Below are positions 36,691 to 45,198 of a stretch of 64,000 nucleotides of DNA, one piece after another (position 1 is the stretch's first letter; each line of letters starts with the position of its first letter). The translations under genes and the position numbers were made by a program. The notes beneath the pieces are model-generated. The model did no database searches. It was not told the origin of the DNA and was given only the letters and a program-made list of their open reading frames with translations. The stretch comes from a virus (lineage: Duplodnaviria; Caudoviricetes): positions 4,425 through 68,424 of IMG/VR virus record IMGVR_UViG_2928510474_000005; one strand, given 5' to 3'.

Positions 36691-38216
36691 CGCTATTTAA
36701 AGCGGGCGCACAATTTCCCCCGCAAGACTCAATCGAACGCCTTTCACGCTATGAACGGATGCGTAAGCTATTCGAAGGCAATCCGCTAGAAGTATACGAA
36801 CGCGCGACGGAAATCCTAAAAGATTCGCCACACGCGGCGCAACTGCGGAAGCTATATATCGCCGTTAACCTCGCAGATATACTTGCGACGAAGCCTGCGG
36901 ACTTATTGGTAGGAGAACCTCCGAATTACGAAAGCGGCGAAGACGACGCAAGCCCGGAACAAATCGCACTCAATCAGTACGTCGAAGAGAACGACTTGAA
37001 TCAGCTAATACACGAAAGCGCGACGGCGAACGGCTATCGCGGCGATGCTTGGATTAAAACGCGGTTCGGCTACGTACAGGATTACAGCGAATTGACGCGA
37101 CTTGACCTCGACTTACCTAGCGGCGTACTAATGGAGCCGGTCATCGAGCACGTCGACGCAACAACGGTATTCCCGGAGACATCGCGCGGCAACGTCAAGC
37201 GGTTCAAGGTGGTAAATATCGCAACAGTCGAATGGGTGTCGGCGCGCAAGCGAGATATTCCGTATCTCAACGTAGAGCGACATATTCCCGGCTACATCCA
37301 ATATTCGCGGTATCTACTTACGCCAAGCGATATTATAACGCAATATGGCGCAATGATTCAGGCGTTTATCATCGTGGAGCAGGTCGAAACTGGCCGAGAA
37401 CAATCGATAGTAGCGACGGGATTACCGCACATTCCCGTATTCCACGTGCCGTATAAATCGGTAGATGATTCGTGGGAAGGAATCGGCGGACTCGAAAAGA
37501 TTGAATCGAAGCTGGCGGCAATTAACGACCGACTCGTGCAAATCGACTTTATCCTGTGGAAGCACGCAGACCCTACGGCGTACGGGCCGGATTTAGAGGG
37601 AGTAAGTGGTAACGCCGTTCAGTTTGGCGGTAAATACATTCCGATCGCTAAAGACGACGTTACGCCGGGCTATATGACGTGGAACGCGCAACTTGACGCA
37701 GCATTCCGCGAACTCGACTTGCTAATATCGGCGGTCTTCATTATGTCGGAAACTCCGCAATGGTTATTCGGAACTACGATGGCAGGCGGAGGACAAGGCG
37801 GAACAGGAACGTCGCACACAGACGGTGGCGCGATTAAGTCGAGATTCATGCCTATTATTTCGAAGGTACGCCGAATTAAAACGCATTACGACCGCGCTAT
37901 TCGTGACGCGCTATATACGTGCTACTTATTCGATAAGGAATTCGGCGACTATAAAGGCGCTACGGAATACCCCGTAATCGAATGGTCCGACGGATTACCG
38001 AAAGATGATAAGATTGAAGCCGAAATCGCGGCAATTCGCACAGGCGGAAAAGCAACGCTCGATGTTCAGTCGTCAATCAAACGGATGGATGGCGTAGACG
38101 ATAGTAAGGCCAACGAAATCATACGCCGTATTGTAGAAGACGGTGATCGCGAATTAGGAACGGTAGAAGCTTCGATATTTAACTCGGAGGTGGACGCTAA
38201 TGATACCGAGGATTAA
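36687..38216 (+). CDS. Portal protein (SPP1-like)
   Basis: 509 aa after terminase; TKPADLLVGE, IEWSDGLPKDD. Confidence 0.88.
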   Translation: MTLFKAGAQFPPQDSIERLSRYERMRKLFEGNPLEVYERATEILKDSPHAAQLRKLYIAVNLADILATKPADLLVGEPPNYESGEDDASPEQIALNQYVEENDLNQLIHESATANGYRGDAWIKTRFGYVQDYSELTRLDLDLPSGVLMEPVIEHVDATTVFPETSRGNVKRFKVVNIATVEWVSARKRDIPYLNVERHIPGYIQYSRYLLTPSDIITQYGAMIQAFIIVEQVETGREQSIVATGLPHIPVFHVPYKSVDDSWEGIGGLEKIESKLAAINDRLVQIDFILWKHADPTAYGPDLEGVSGNAVQFGGKYIPIAKDDVTPGYMTWNAQLDAAFRELDLLISAVFIMSETPQWLFGTTMAGGGQGGTGTSHTDGGAIKSRFMPIISKVRRIKTHYDRAIRDALYTCYLFDKEFGDYKGATEYPVIEWSDGLPKDDKIEAEIAAIRTGGKATLDVQSSIKRMDGVDDSKANEIIRRIVEDGDRELGTVEASIFNSEVDANDTED

Positions 38217-38278
38217 ACGAATTCTGTTAATCGGATATATCGCCGGCAAATTACGATACAACGTTTGGCGCGCTGGAT

Positions 38279-39118
38279 GTGAATAAGTTCCGCGAGGCAC
38301 CTCGACCTAATTACGATTACGACGTCAAACGTCTTACCCGCGAATATGAACGGTCCTTAAAGTCGGTGCAAGCCGAACTCAACTCGCTATTTCTAACGAA
38401 TTTTGAGCGGGCGCAAATCGTAGCCGTCGAAGCTAACATTCGTGTAATACTCCGAGACTTACGCAAATACGGCGATGAATGGGCGCAAGTAGCGGTCACT
38501 AAATCAGCGCGTGACGGCGTAGCAAGTACGATCTATACGTTAGGCCTTACGGATACCTACGCCGACGCATTAAAAATAGCGAAGTTTAATGGTATGAATA
38601 AGCGACTCGTTGAAGCAGTAATCGCCGATACGCAAGCGGATTTACTCGCAGTAACGCAGAACGTCGAGCGCAAGACGCGAGCAGCGGTACGGCAAGTTAC
38701 GGCCGACGTATTGCGGGCGAAAACATCAGCCGGCATCAATGGTACCCGAACGCTTCAACAGGCTATGACTAAGGGATTACGCGACAAACTCGGCAGCTCT
38801 GCGGATACGGCGATAGTAGATGCGGCGGGGCGACGTTGGAAATTAAAGACGTACACCGAAATGCTCGCCCGAACGAAGATGCTCGAGGCGCATAAAGAGG
38901 CGACGAGGAACGAAGCGCTCGATGAGGGATCGCAATACGCGGTAGTTAGTCGGCACGGCGCTACGGATGCCTGCGCGGGTTGGGAAGGGCGGATAATCTC
39001 GCTTGTACCGGATGCGCCCGGCGATTATCCGTACATTGACGATATACCGCGAAGCCAACTATTTCATCCTTGCTGTAAACACGTAATAACTCCGGTGCGC
39101 AATCCGGAACGAGTTTAG
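38279..39118 (+). CDS. Minor capsid / head morphogenesis protein
   Basis: DAAGRRWKLKTYTEM, CAGWEG, LFHPCCKH. Confidence 0.85.
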   Translation: MNKFREAPRPNYDYDVKRLTREYERSLKSVQAELNSLFLTNFERAQIVAVEANIRVILRDLRKYGDEWAQVAVTKSARDGVASTIYTLGLTDTYADALKIAKFNGMNKRLVEAVIADTQADLLAVTQNVERKTRAAVRQVTADVLRAKTSAGINGTRTLQQAMTKGLRDKLGSSADTAIVDAAGRRWKLKTYTEMLARTKMLEAHKEATRNEALDEGSQYAVVSRHGATDACAGWEGRIISLVPDAPGDYPYIDDIPRSQLFHPCCKHVITPVRNPERV

Positions 39119-39210
39119 TAAACGCAACAGGACCGAACGTATACGTCTTTAAAACTGCTACGGCATTAACAAAATTATGTGCGACGGCACTCAAACGGCG
39201 GAGGTACAAT

Positions 39211-39909
39211 ATGACACAAACAAACGAACTATTAACGCTAGATTTACAATTCTTTTCGGAAGATCCTACGGAACCTATTACGCCAACAGAGCCAGTAGAA
39301 ACACCCGCACAACCCGAAGCTAAGACGTTTTCACAGACAGAGTTGGACGAGTTAATCGCCAAGAGAATCGACCGTGAGCGCAAGAAATATGAAAAGTATG
39401 CGGACTACGACGAAATCAAAACGAAGGCGTCCGAATATGAAAAGGTACTTGAAGAAAAACGACTTGCGGAATTATCTGAGGCTGAACGCGCGCAAGACCA
39501 AGCGAAGAAATTCGAGGAAGAAAAGAACGAATTAACGGCTCAACTCGATGCCGTTCGTAAGCAAGCGGACTCAGAAAAGATACGCAACGAGTTTAATAAG
39601 GTCGCTACTAGCGCAAATGTTGCTTATTTAGATGACGCAATCGCACTCGCAGACTTATCCGCGGTAAGTATCGACGAGGACGGCAGAGTGGTCGGAATGG
39701 ACGACGTTGTAAAAGCGCTAGTTGACAATAAGCCGTTTTTAGTCGGCAAGAAGGCGCAACAACCTATCGGCGAACCGTCAAACGGCGGCAAGCAAGATAA
39801 CGAAAAGACTTCGGAACAATTGCTTGAAGAGGCGGCAGATAAGGCGAAGAAGAGCGGACGTATTGAAGACCGCGTAGCCTTCGACAAGTTGAAACGCCAG
39901 TTAGGTTAA
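39211..39909 (+). CDS. Capsid scaffolding protein
   Basis: LDLQFFSE, KTFSQTELDELIAKRIDRERKK; coiled coil; directly before the MCP. Confidence 0.9.
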   Translation: MTQTNELLTLDLQFFSEDPTEPITPTEPVETPAQPEAKTFSQTELDELIAKRIDRERKKYEKYADYDEIKTKASEYEKVLEEKRLAELSEAERAQDQAKKFEEEKNELTAQLDAVRKQADSEKIRNEFNKVATSANVAYLDDAIALADLSAVSIDEDGRVVGMDDVVKALVDNKPFLVGKKAQQPIGEPSNGGKQDNEKTSEQLLEEAADKAKKSGRIEDRVAFDKLKRQLG

Positions 39910-39950
39910 TGCACCACAAAACTATAAAACATAAAAGGGGATAATTAAAA

Positions 39951-41045
39951 ATGACACAAATTTCACAGAATCTAATTGTCGGTAAAAGAGAAGACGTAAC
40001 AGAAAACATGCTACTACTAAGCCCATCCGAAACGCCGATGGTCGACCTACTCGGGTACGGCGAAGCGGTAACACAAGTTGAACCGACGTGGTTCGAAGAC
40101 GAAGCTTACTCGGATAAAACGAAAGCGACTGCGGAAGCGATAGTCGGAGCATCAAAAGTAACGGTAGCCGACGGCAGTGTGTTCGAGGCAAATTACGTTG
40201 TTAAAATCAACGATGAGCTATTACTAGTAACGGCGGTAGCAGGAAACGAACTTACGGTAACTCGCGGATACGCAGGAACTACAGCAGCGGCGGTAGCGGA
40301 CGAAGACGAAGTAGTATTCCAATTCGTAGAAGGTAAAGAGGGCGCAGACGCTCGTCCGGCACGTTTCAAAGCTCGCACTCGCCACACTAACTTTACGCAA
40401 ATCTTCGACGGAACGATTTCAATCTCCGGCACATCTGCAGCAACGTCACAGCACGGAATCGACGACCTGTACGCGTACGAAAAGGCGAAGAAAGAGAAAG
40501 AAATCGCGCTGCAACTTGAAAAGGCGGTTATCAACGGAGTTAAATACGAAGCGGCTAACGGTCTAGTACGTCAAATGGGCGGAATTAAACACTTCGTACA
40601 AACTAATGTATTTGTTAAAGCAGGCGCAACTATCGACGGCGACACTATCAACGACGCTTTCCAAGCGATCGCAGAGAAGACAGGCCAAAACGTAGGCGCG
40701 GGCTACAAGATCATCGTATCTCCGAAACAGAAACGCGCAATCTCGAAAATGGACGTAGACAAAATCAGCCTTGATCGCAAGGATAACGGACGTGGACAAG
40801 TTGTCGACTACTTCATCGGGGACTTCGGCGAAGCAGAAATCGTTGTTAACCCGAACCTATCGGCTGACGAAATCTTCCTTATCGATTCTAACCGCGTTAA
40901 GATTCGCCCACTACAAGGCCGTACGTTCACACATGAATTCCTCGGGAAAACTGGTGATTACTTCACGGGTATGATCGTAGGCGAATATACAATCGAATTC
41001 CACGAAGAAAAAGCGCACGCACGCATCAAAGGGTTGAAGAAGTAA
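39951..41045 (+). CDS. Major capsid protein (HK97 fold, SU10/DUF5309-like) with an inserted domain
   Basis: ETPM, WFED, NFTQIF, EIALQLEKAVING, GEYTIEF; ~70-aa beta-rich insert after WFED. Confidence 0.88.
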   Translation: MTQISQNLIVGKREDVTENMLLLSPSETPMVDLLGYGEAVTQVEPTWFEDEAYSDKTKATAEAIVGASKVTVADGSVFEANYVVKINDELLLVTAVAGNELTVTRGYAGTTAAAVADEDEVVFQFVEGKEGADARPARFKARTRHTNFTQIFDGTISISGTSAATSQHGIDDLYAYEKAKKEKEIALQLEKAVINGVKYEAANGLVRQMGGIKHFVQTNVFVKAGATIDGDTINDAFQAIAEKTGQNVGAGYKIIVSPKQKRAISKMDVDKISLDRKDNGRGQVVDYFIGDFGEAEIVVNPNLSADEIFLIDSNRVKIRPLQGRTFTHEFLGKTGDYFTGMIVGEYTIEFHEEKAHARIKGLKK

Positions 41046-41076
41046 TACGGAATTAACAGCGAGGAGGTGACGCAGC

Positions 41077-41280
41077 TTGGCGCAATACAAATCGAAGTTT
41101 AAAGAACTCGGCTTTTACGTCGACGGCGAACTGAAACGTTTTAGTAACGGTGTTTTCAGTACCGACGACAAAGCCGATATTACTGTACTTGATACGCTAT
41201 CAGACGCAACAAAGACGGAAGAAGTAATTCCGGTGGAGAAGCCTAAGCCAGCCGCTAAAGCGAAGCCCTCCGGTAAATAA
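41077..41280 (+). CDS. Small head-associated protein
   Basis: SD GGAGGTG, TTG start; position after the MCP. Confidence 0.65.
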   Translation: MAQYKSKFKELGFYVDGELKRFSNGVFSTDDKADITVLDTLSDATKTEEVIPVEKPKPAAKAKPSGK

Positions 41281-41296
41281 AACGGAGGTGCTGTAA

Positions 41297-41662
41297 ATGT
41301 GGAATCTCGACGATGCAACGGCGTATATCCGACTTAACACGCTCGACAACGAGGACTTTATCGACGGTGAAGACGAACGCAAAACGGCGCTATTAAACGT
41401 AGCAAGCCGAACACTGACACGAAAATACAGCGGATATACCATACCGGACGAAGCCGTTTACCTTTTCAGCGCAGTATTGGCAGCAGCGTATAACGACACG
41501 AATAAACTGGCGCAACAGGGCGTCGCATCGTTCAGTGTGCGCGGGATTGCGTTCTCGTTTAAAGACTGGTCGAAAAAAGGGCTCGACGAATTAATCCCGG
41601 CAGAAGTCGCGGATATGATCGGCGCACCAAGCGGACGTCAAGCGAAATGGACGGTGATGTGA
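41297..41662 (+). CDS. Head-tail adaptor
   Basis: Position and size; GVASFSVRGIAFSF. Confidence 0.7.
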   Translation: MWNLDDATAYIRLNTLDNEDFIDGEDERKTALLNVASRTLTRKYSGYTIPDEAVYLFSAVLAAAYNDTNKLAQQGVASFSVRGIAFSFKDWSKKGLDELIPAEVADMIGAPSGRQAKWTVM

Positions 41663-41994
41663 CCGTGGCATTAATTCCTTTAAAACAAACGGTTCTCGTA
41701 CACAAGCCGGAGACTACTAACGATTGGGGCGAAACAACTTCGCTTCCTCCGATTACGCTAAAATGTCGCGCGGACGAAAAGGTTGAATACGTAAAGAATT
41801 TCGCGAGCACCACGCTAAATGCGGAGGTACTTTCCAGCGTTCAGCTCCTGTTCAATAAGTTACCGGATATACGCTACGACGACGTAATCGAATTTACAAA
41901 CGAATTAGACGTGACAGTCAAGCGTAAACCGCTACTTATCGAACCTATCCGCATGATAAACGGCAAACCCACGCTAACGGCGGTGTATTTATAA
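41647..41994 (+). CDS. Head closure protein
   Basis: Position; NDWGE...LKCRADEK beta-rich pattern; start may be the GTG near 41665. Confidence 0.65.
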   Translation: MDGDVTVALIPLKQTVLVHKPETTNDWGETTSLPPITLKCRADEKVEYVKNFASTTLNAEVLSSVQLLFNKLPDIRYDDVIEFTNELDVTVKRKPLLIEPIRMINGKPTLTAVYL

Positions 41995-42413
41995 TGGCGG
42001 CAGACTTCCGAATCGACATGCGACAATTTGACGCGGCTATGCATCGATCCCCGTCGGCGGTAAACGCAGGTGCACGGATAGCGCTTGGCGACATTAAAAA
42101 CGATTGGCTGGCGAAGTCGCGCGATATTGCGCCGTTGGATACGTCGAATTTGAGAAGGCAGATTACAGCAGCGGTCTTCAATCCGGGCGCAAGCGGCTAC
42201 ATTGACATCGAAGGAAACGCAACACAAGGCGGCGGAGGCGGGCGATTTAACTACGGCTATTGGATACACGAACAGAACGCCGGAGGATATTCGCTAAAGA
42301 CGCCAGGCACCGAAAAGAAGTTCCTCGACAAATCGGCGGAAGCGCAAATCGAGGATTGGGCGAAGTGGCTCGAAGAAGAAGTTAAATCGGAATTACGGAA
42401 AGCGGGGTGGTAG
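41994..42413 (+). CDS. HK97 gp10-like neck/tail completion protein
   Basis: APLDTSNLR, NYGYWIHE, KFLDKS. Confidence 0.78.
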   Translation: MAADFRIDMRQFDAAMHRSPSAVNAGARIALGDIKNDWLAKSRDIAPLDTSNLRRQITAAVFNPGASGYIDIEGNATQGGGGGRFNYGYWIHEQNAGGYSLKTPGTEKKFLDKSAEAQIEDWAKWLEEEVKSELRKAGW

Positions 42414-42414
42414 C

Positions 42415-43026
42415 GTGGCGGATATTGTAACGGAGATTGAAAGCCTACGCGATTTCGTCGTTGACCCGACGCTGTACTCGCGTATTTGGATGCAGACGAT
42501 GCCTGCGAAATATACGGCGGGCGAGCTGTCAATTCGATTCACGGGCGGAGGTACAGCGAGTGAAACCGGCTACCACTACCGACTTGACCGCGAATATCAA
42601 TTCGTATATTTCGGGACGTCGGAACTCGACTGCATTCGCAAGGCAACGGCGTTACAGCGTAAATTAAATAGTAAACACGCAATCCAACTGAAAGGCTCCG
42701 AACGGTATATCCGCGTCGGGCCTTTTTCGTTGTCGCAACCTTTCAAAACGGAGGGCGGCGAGGTGTTCGCGATTATCGGAATGTTACAGGTGGCGATGCG
42801 TGAGGCACGCGATTTCTCGGCGGAAGAAGTACCGAAGATGGGCGGAATTACGATAGAAGTTAAGCCGAAGCCTCCGGGAAGTGAATCAGAAATACCTAAA
42901 GAAGCACCCGAAGAAGACCGAGGCATTCCCGGCGTAAATGATGAACCGGGAGAAACCGTGCTGGATGGCAAAGAGTATCCAGAAAAAGAATACGAAATAA
43001 AAGAAGGAAATGGAGCGTGTATATAA
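42415..43026 (+). CDS. Tail terminator / sheath stabiliser with acidic Pro-rich extension
   Basis: Directly before the sheath gene; C-terminal KPKPPGSESEIPKEAPEED. Confidence 0.6.
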   Translation: MADIVTEIESLRDFVVDPTLYSRIWMQTMPAKYTAGELSIRFTGGGTASETGYHYRLDREYQFVYFGTSELDCIRKATALQRKLNSKHAIQLKGSERYIRVGPFSLSQPFKTEGGEVFAIIGMLQVAMREARDFSAEEVPKMGGITIEVKPKPPGSESEIPKEAPEEDRGIPGVNDEPGETVLDGKEYPEKEYEIKEGNGACI

Positions 43027-44088
43027 ATGGCGACAGGCGGACAGTGGGACCCGATATCTTTACCGATTCGACCCGGCTTATATCTTAATTTCGTAGAAAG
43101 AGCGTTAGCACAAATCGCAGGAGGACCGCGCGGCGTCGTAGGACTTCCGATTTTCGACTACTCAGGCGGCGAACTTACCGCGGGCAGTTTTTACGTTGTT
43201 GCAACGGAAAAGGAAGCGAACGAACAAGTCGGAAAAGCTAACGCGGCACCAATTCTACGCGTACTATCCGGGGGAGCAGCCGAAGTCTTAATCTACGCAG
43301 TACCGGAAGAAGTCGATTACGCAGCAATGCGCGACGCATTCGAAGCACGTCCGTTTAACGTCTTCGTATATCCGGGCGAAGTTGATTCCGTTGAACAGGA
43401 CGCAACAGTGGCGTGGGTCGCACGCAATCGTAAAGAAGGCAAGCATTTCTCGGCAGTATTCGGCGGTTCAGCATCGGACGATCAAGACCCTGCGGTAGGT
43501 AACGCGCGTTCAATCCGATTGTCGGACGAATACGTAGTTAACCTAATTACGGGCGCAGTCCTCGGGGATGGCACGGAATTAACATCGGCGGAATATGCGT
43601 CAGTAATTGCGGGACTTATCGCAGGCACGGGCATTAACAAGTCGATTACCTACGTGGCATTACCGATTGCAGACGTAACTAAACGACTACGAAATAGCGA
43701 AATTAACACGGCGCTAACGTCAGGCTCGCTCGTACTAGTTCATGACGGACGCAGCGTTAAAGTCGAGCAAGGGATTACAACGAAATCCGACGCTACGGCA
43801 CGCGGCAAGATACGTATTATGCGCGCGCGACAAGCTGTGGCAACGGACATTCCGGCAACAGCGAAAGATCGTTACATCGGTAAAATCGACAACAATCCGG
43901 CAGGACAAGTGTCGCTGATTGCGGCGATTAAGGCGTACCTCGAAACGCTAGAAGTTAACAATGTGTTAATGGAACCGGAAGTTACGCTCGATCCACAACG
44001 TGAATCAAAAGGCGATTGCGTATTCTTATCGGTCAGCTATATCGAAGTCGATTCGATGGAGCGCATCTTCCTTACTATCAATGTATAA
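43027..44088 (+). CDS. xkdK: Contractile tail sheath protein (XkdK-like, compact)
   Basis: RPGLYLNF, RGVVGLP, KVEQGITT, KIRIMR, GKIDNN. Confidence 0.9.
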   Translation: MATGGQWDPISLPIRPGLYLNFVERALAQIAGGPRGVVGLPIFDYSGGELTAGSFYVVATEKEANEQVGKANAAPILRVLSGGAAEVLIYAVPEEVDYAAMRDAFEARPFNVFVYPGEVDSVEQDATVAWVARNRKEGKHFSAVFGGSASDDQDPAVGNARSIRLSDEYVVNLITGAVLGDGTELTSAEYASVIAGLIAGTGINKSITYVALPIADVTKRLRNSEINTALTSGSLVLVHDGRSVKVEQGITTKSDATARGKIRIMRARQAVATDIPATAKDRYIGKIDNNPAGQVSLIAAIKAYLETLEVNNVLMEPEVTLDPQRESKGDCVFLSVSYIEVDSMERIFLTINV

Positions 44089-44121
44089 ACAACGACAAAG
44101 AGGCGAAAGGGTGACGTATAA

Positions 44122-44544
44122 ATGCTAGACGCAACTAGGACAATACAGGGAGTTTTCGGAAAGTTACACCACGAGGGCGAGTGGCTTACAAACGTGACTG
44201 GAATCGAGTTGAATGCCGATATCAACTACGAAGAAATCTCTCGAGCAGGGACGCGCGTAATAGGGCATAAAGCAGGGACTATATCGATGTCAGGAACAAT
44301 CTCTAGTTACAAACTTACATCGAAATTCGTAGACGCAATCAGTCAGATTCTCGACGATAAAAAAGGCGCTTTTGTCACTGAATTAATGGCTGAACTTGAC
44401 GACCCAGAAAACCCAGAGATGAAAGGGTTCTACCGTGTTAAGGGCGTGCAATTTAACACTATTCCAATTCTGAGTTACGAGCATGGATCAATCGTTGAAG
44501 AAGAATTGCAATTTGTATTTACAGGCTACGAACGCATGAAATAA
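44122..44544 (+). CDS. xkdM: Tail tube protein (XkdM-like)
   Basis: Follows the sheath gene; GTISSYK, LDDPE, VEEELQFVF. Confidence 0.88.
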   Translation: MLDATRTIQGVFGKLHHEGEWLTNVTGIELNADINYEEISRAGTRVIGHKAGTISMSGTISSYKLTSKFVDAISQILDDKKGAFVTELMAELDDPENPEMKGFYRVKGVQFNTIPILSYEHGSIVEEELQFVFTGYERMK

Positions 44545-44615
44545 AGACCTATGGCGGCGCTACGTCAGGTCGCCACTACTTACGAAAATAAACCCGTAAA
44601 GGCGGATGATTATAG

Positions 44616-45014
44616 ATGGCTGAAATGAACGCATTGGACGCACTACTAGGCGCAAGCATCGAAGTAGAGGACATGGTTTACATCAAACGTTTGAAAACGA
44701 ACTTCCGAGTTAAAGCGCTGACTGGCGACAGAATTAATAAGCTACGCGAGCAATGTACGTATTCCGAAGGCAAGGGAAGCGGGCGCAAGATGGTCGTCAA
44801 CGAAGAAGAACTCGGCGGTCTTATGATTTCGGAATCCTGTATTGAACCGGATTTCAACAATCCTAAACTCCTCGAAAAGTATGGCGCACGTGACGCGGGT
44901 GATTGCGTACAAAAGGCGCTACTTGCCGGCGAAGTTGCGACGCTTTCACACGCAGTATTGGATGTGAGCGGATTTGACCGCGGAGAAGACGATGTAGAAG
45001 AAGTAAAAAACTAA
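44616..45014 (+). CDS. Tail assembly chaperone (XkdN-like)
   Basis: CIEPDFNNPKLLEKYG, LLAGEVATL; ends in the slippery A AAA AAC. Confidence 0.85.
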   Translation: MAEMNALDALLGASIEVEDMVYIKRLKTNFRVKALTGDRINKLREQCTYSEGKGSGRKMVVNEEELGGLMISESCIEPDFNNPKLLEKYGARDAGDCVQKALLAGEVATLSHAVLDVSGFDRGEDDVEEVKN

Positions 45015-45193
45015 TAAAAGCCGGCGGAGAAGCTGCGATGCTCCATCGGCTATTTCAAACGCATCACATTCCCCCTGACGAAGTTTACGCGAAGGATTGG
45101 CGTCATCGCCGGTTTATGTATGCGTCGGAGGAACTCGTAATCGAAGAAGAAATAGCAGACGCGAAACGAAGAAAACGGAAAGGAGGTAAATAA
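45005..45193 (+). CDS. -1 frameshift extension of the tail assembly chaperone
   Basis: Heptamer AAAAAAC at 45005-45011; the -1 frame is open to the TAA at 45193 (KLIKAGGEAAMLHRLF...KRKGGK). Confidence 0.78.
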   Translation, partial: KKLIKAGGEAAMLHRLFQTHHIPPDEVYAKDWRHRRFMYASEELVIEEEIADAKRRKRKGGK

Positions 45194-45198
45194 GCAAT

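Noticed and set aside
38200-38286. 28-codon ORF between portal and minor capsid genes
   Set aside because: Very short, overlaps both neighbours, and no recognisable motif; possible but unsupported.
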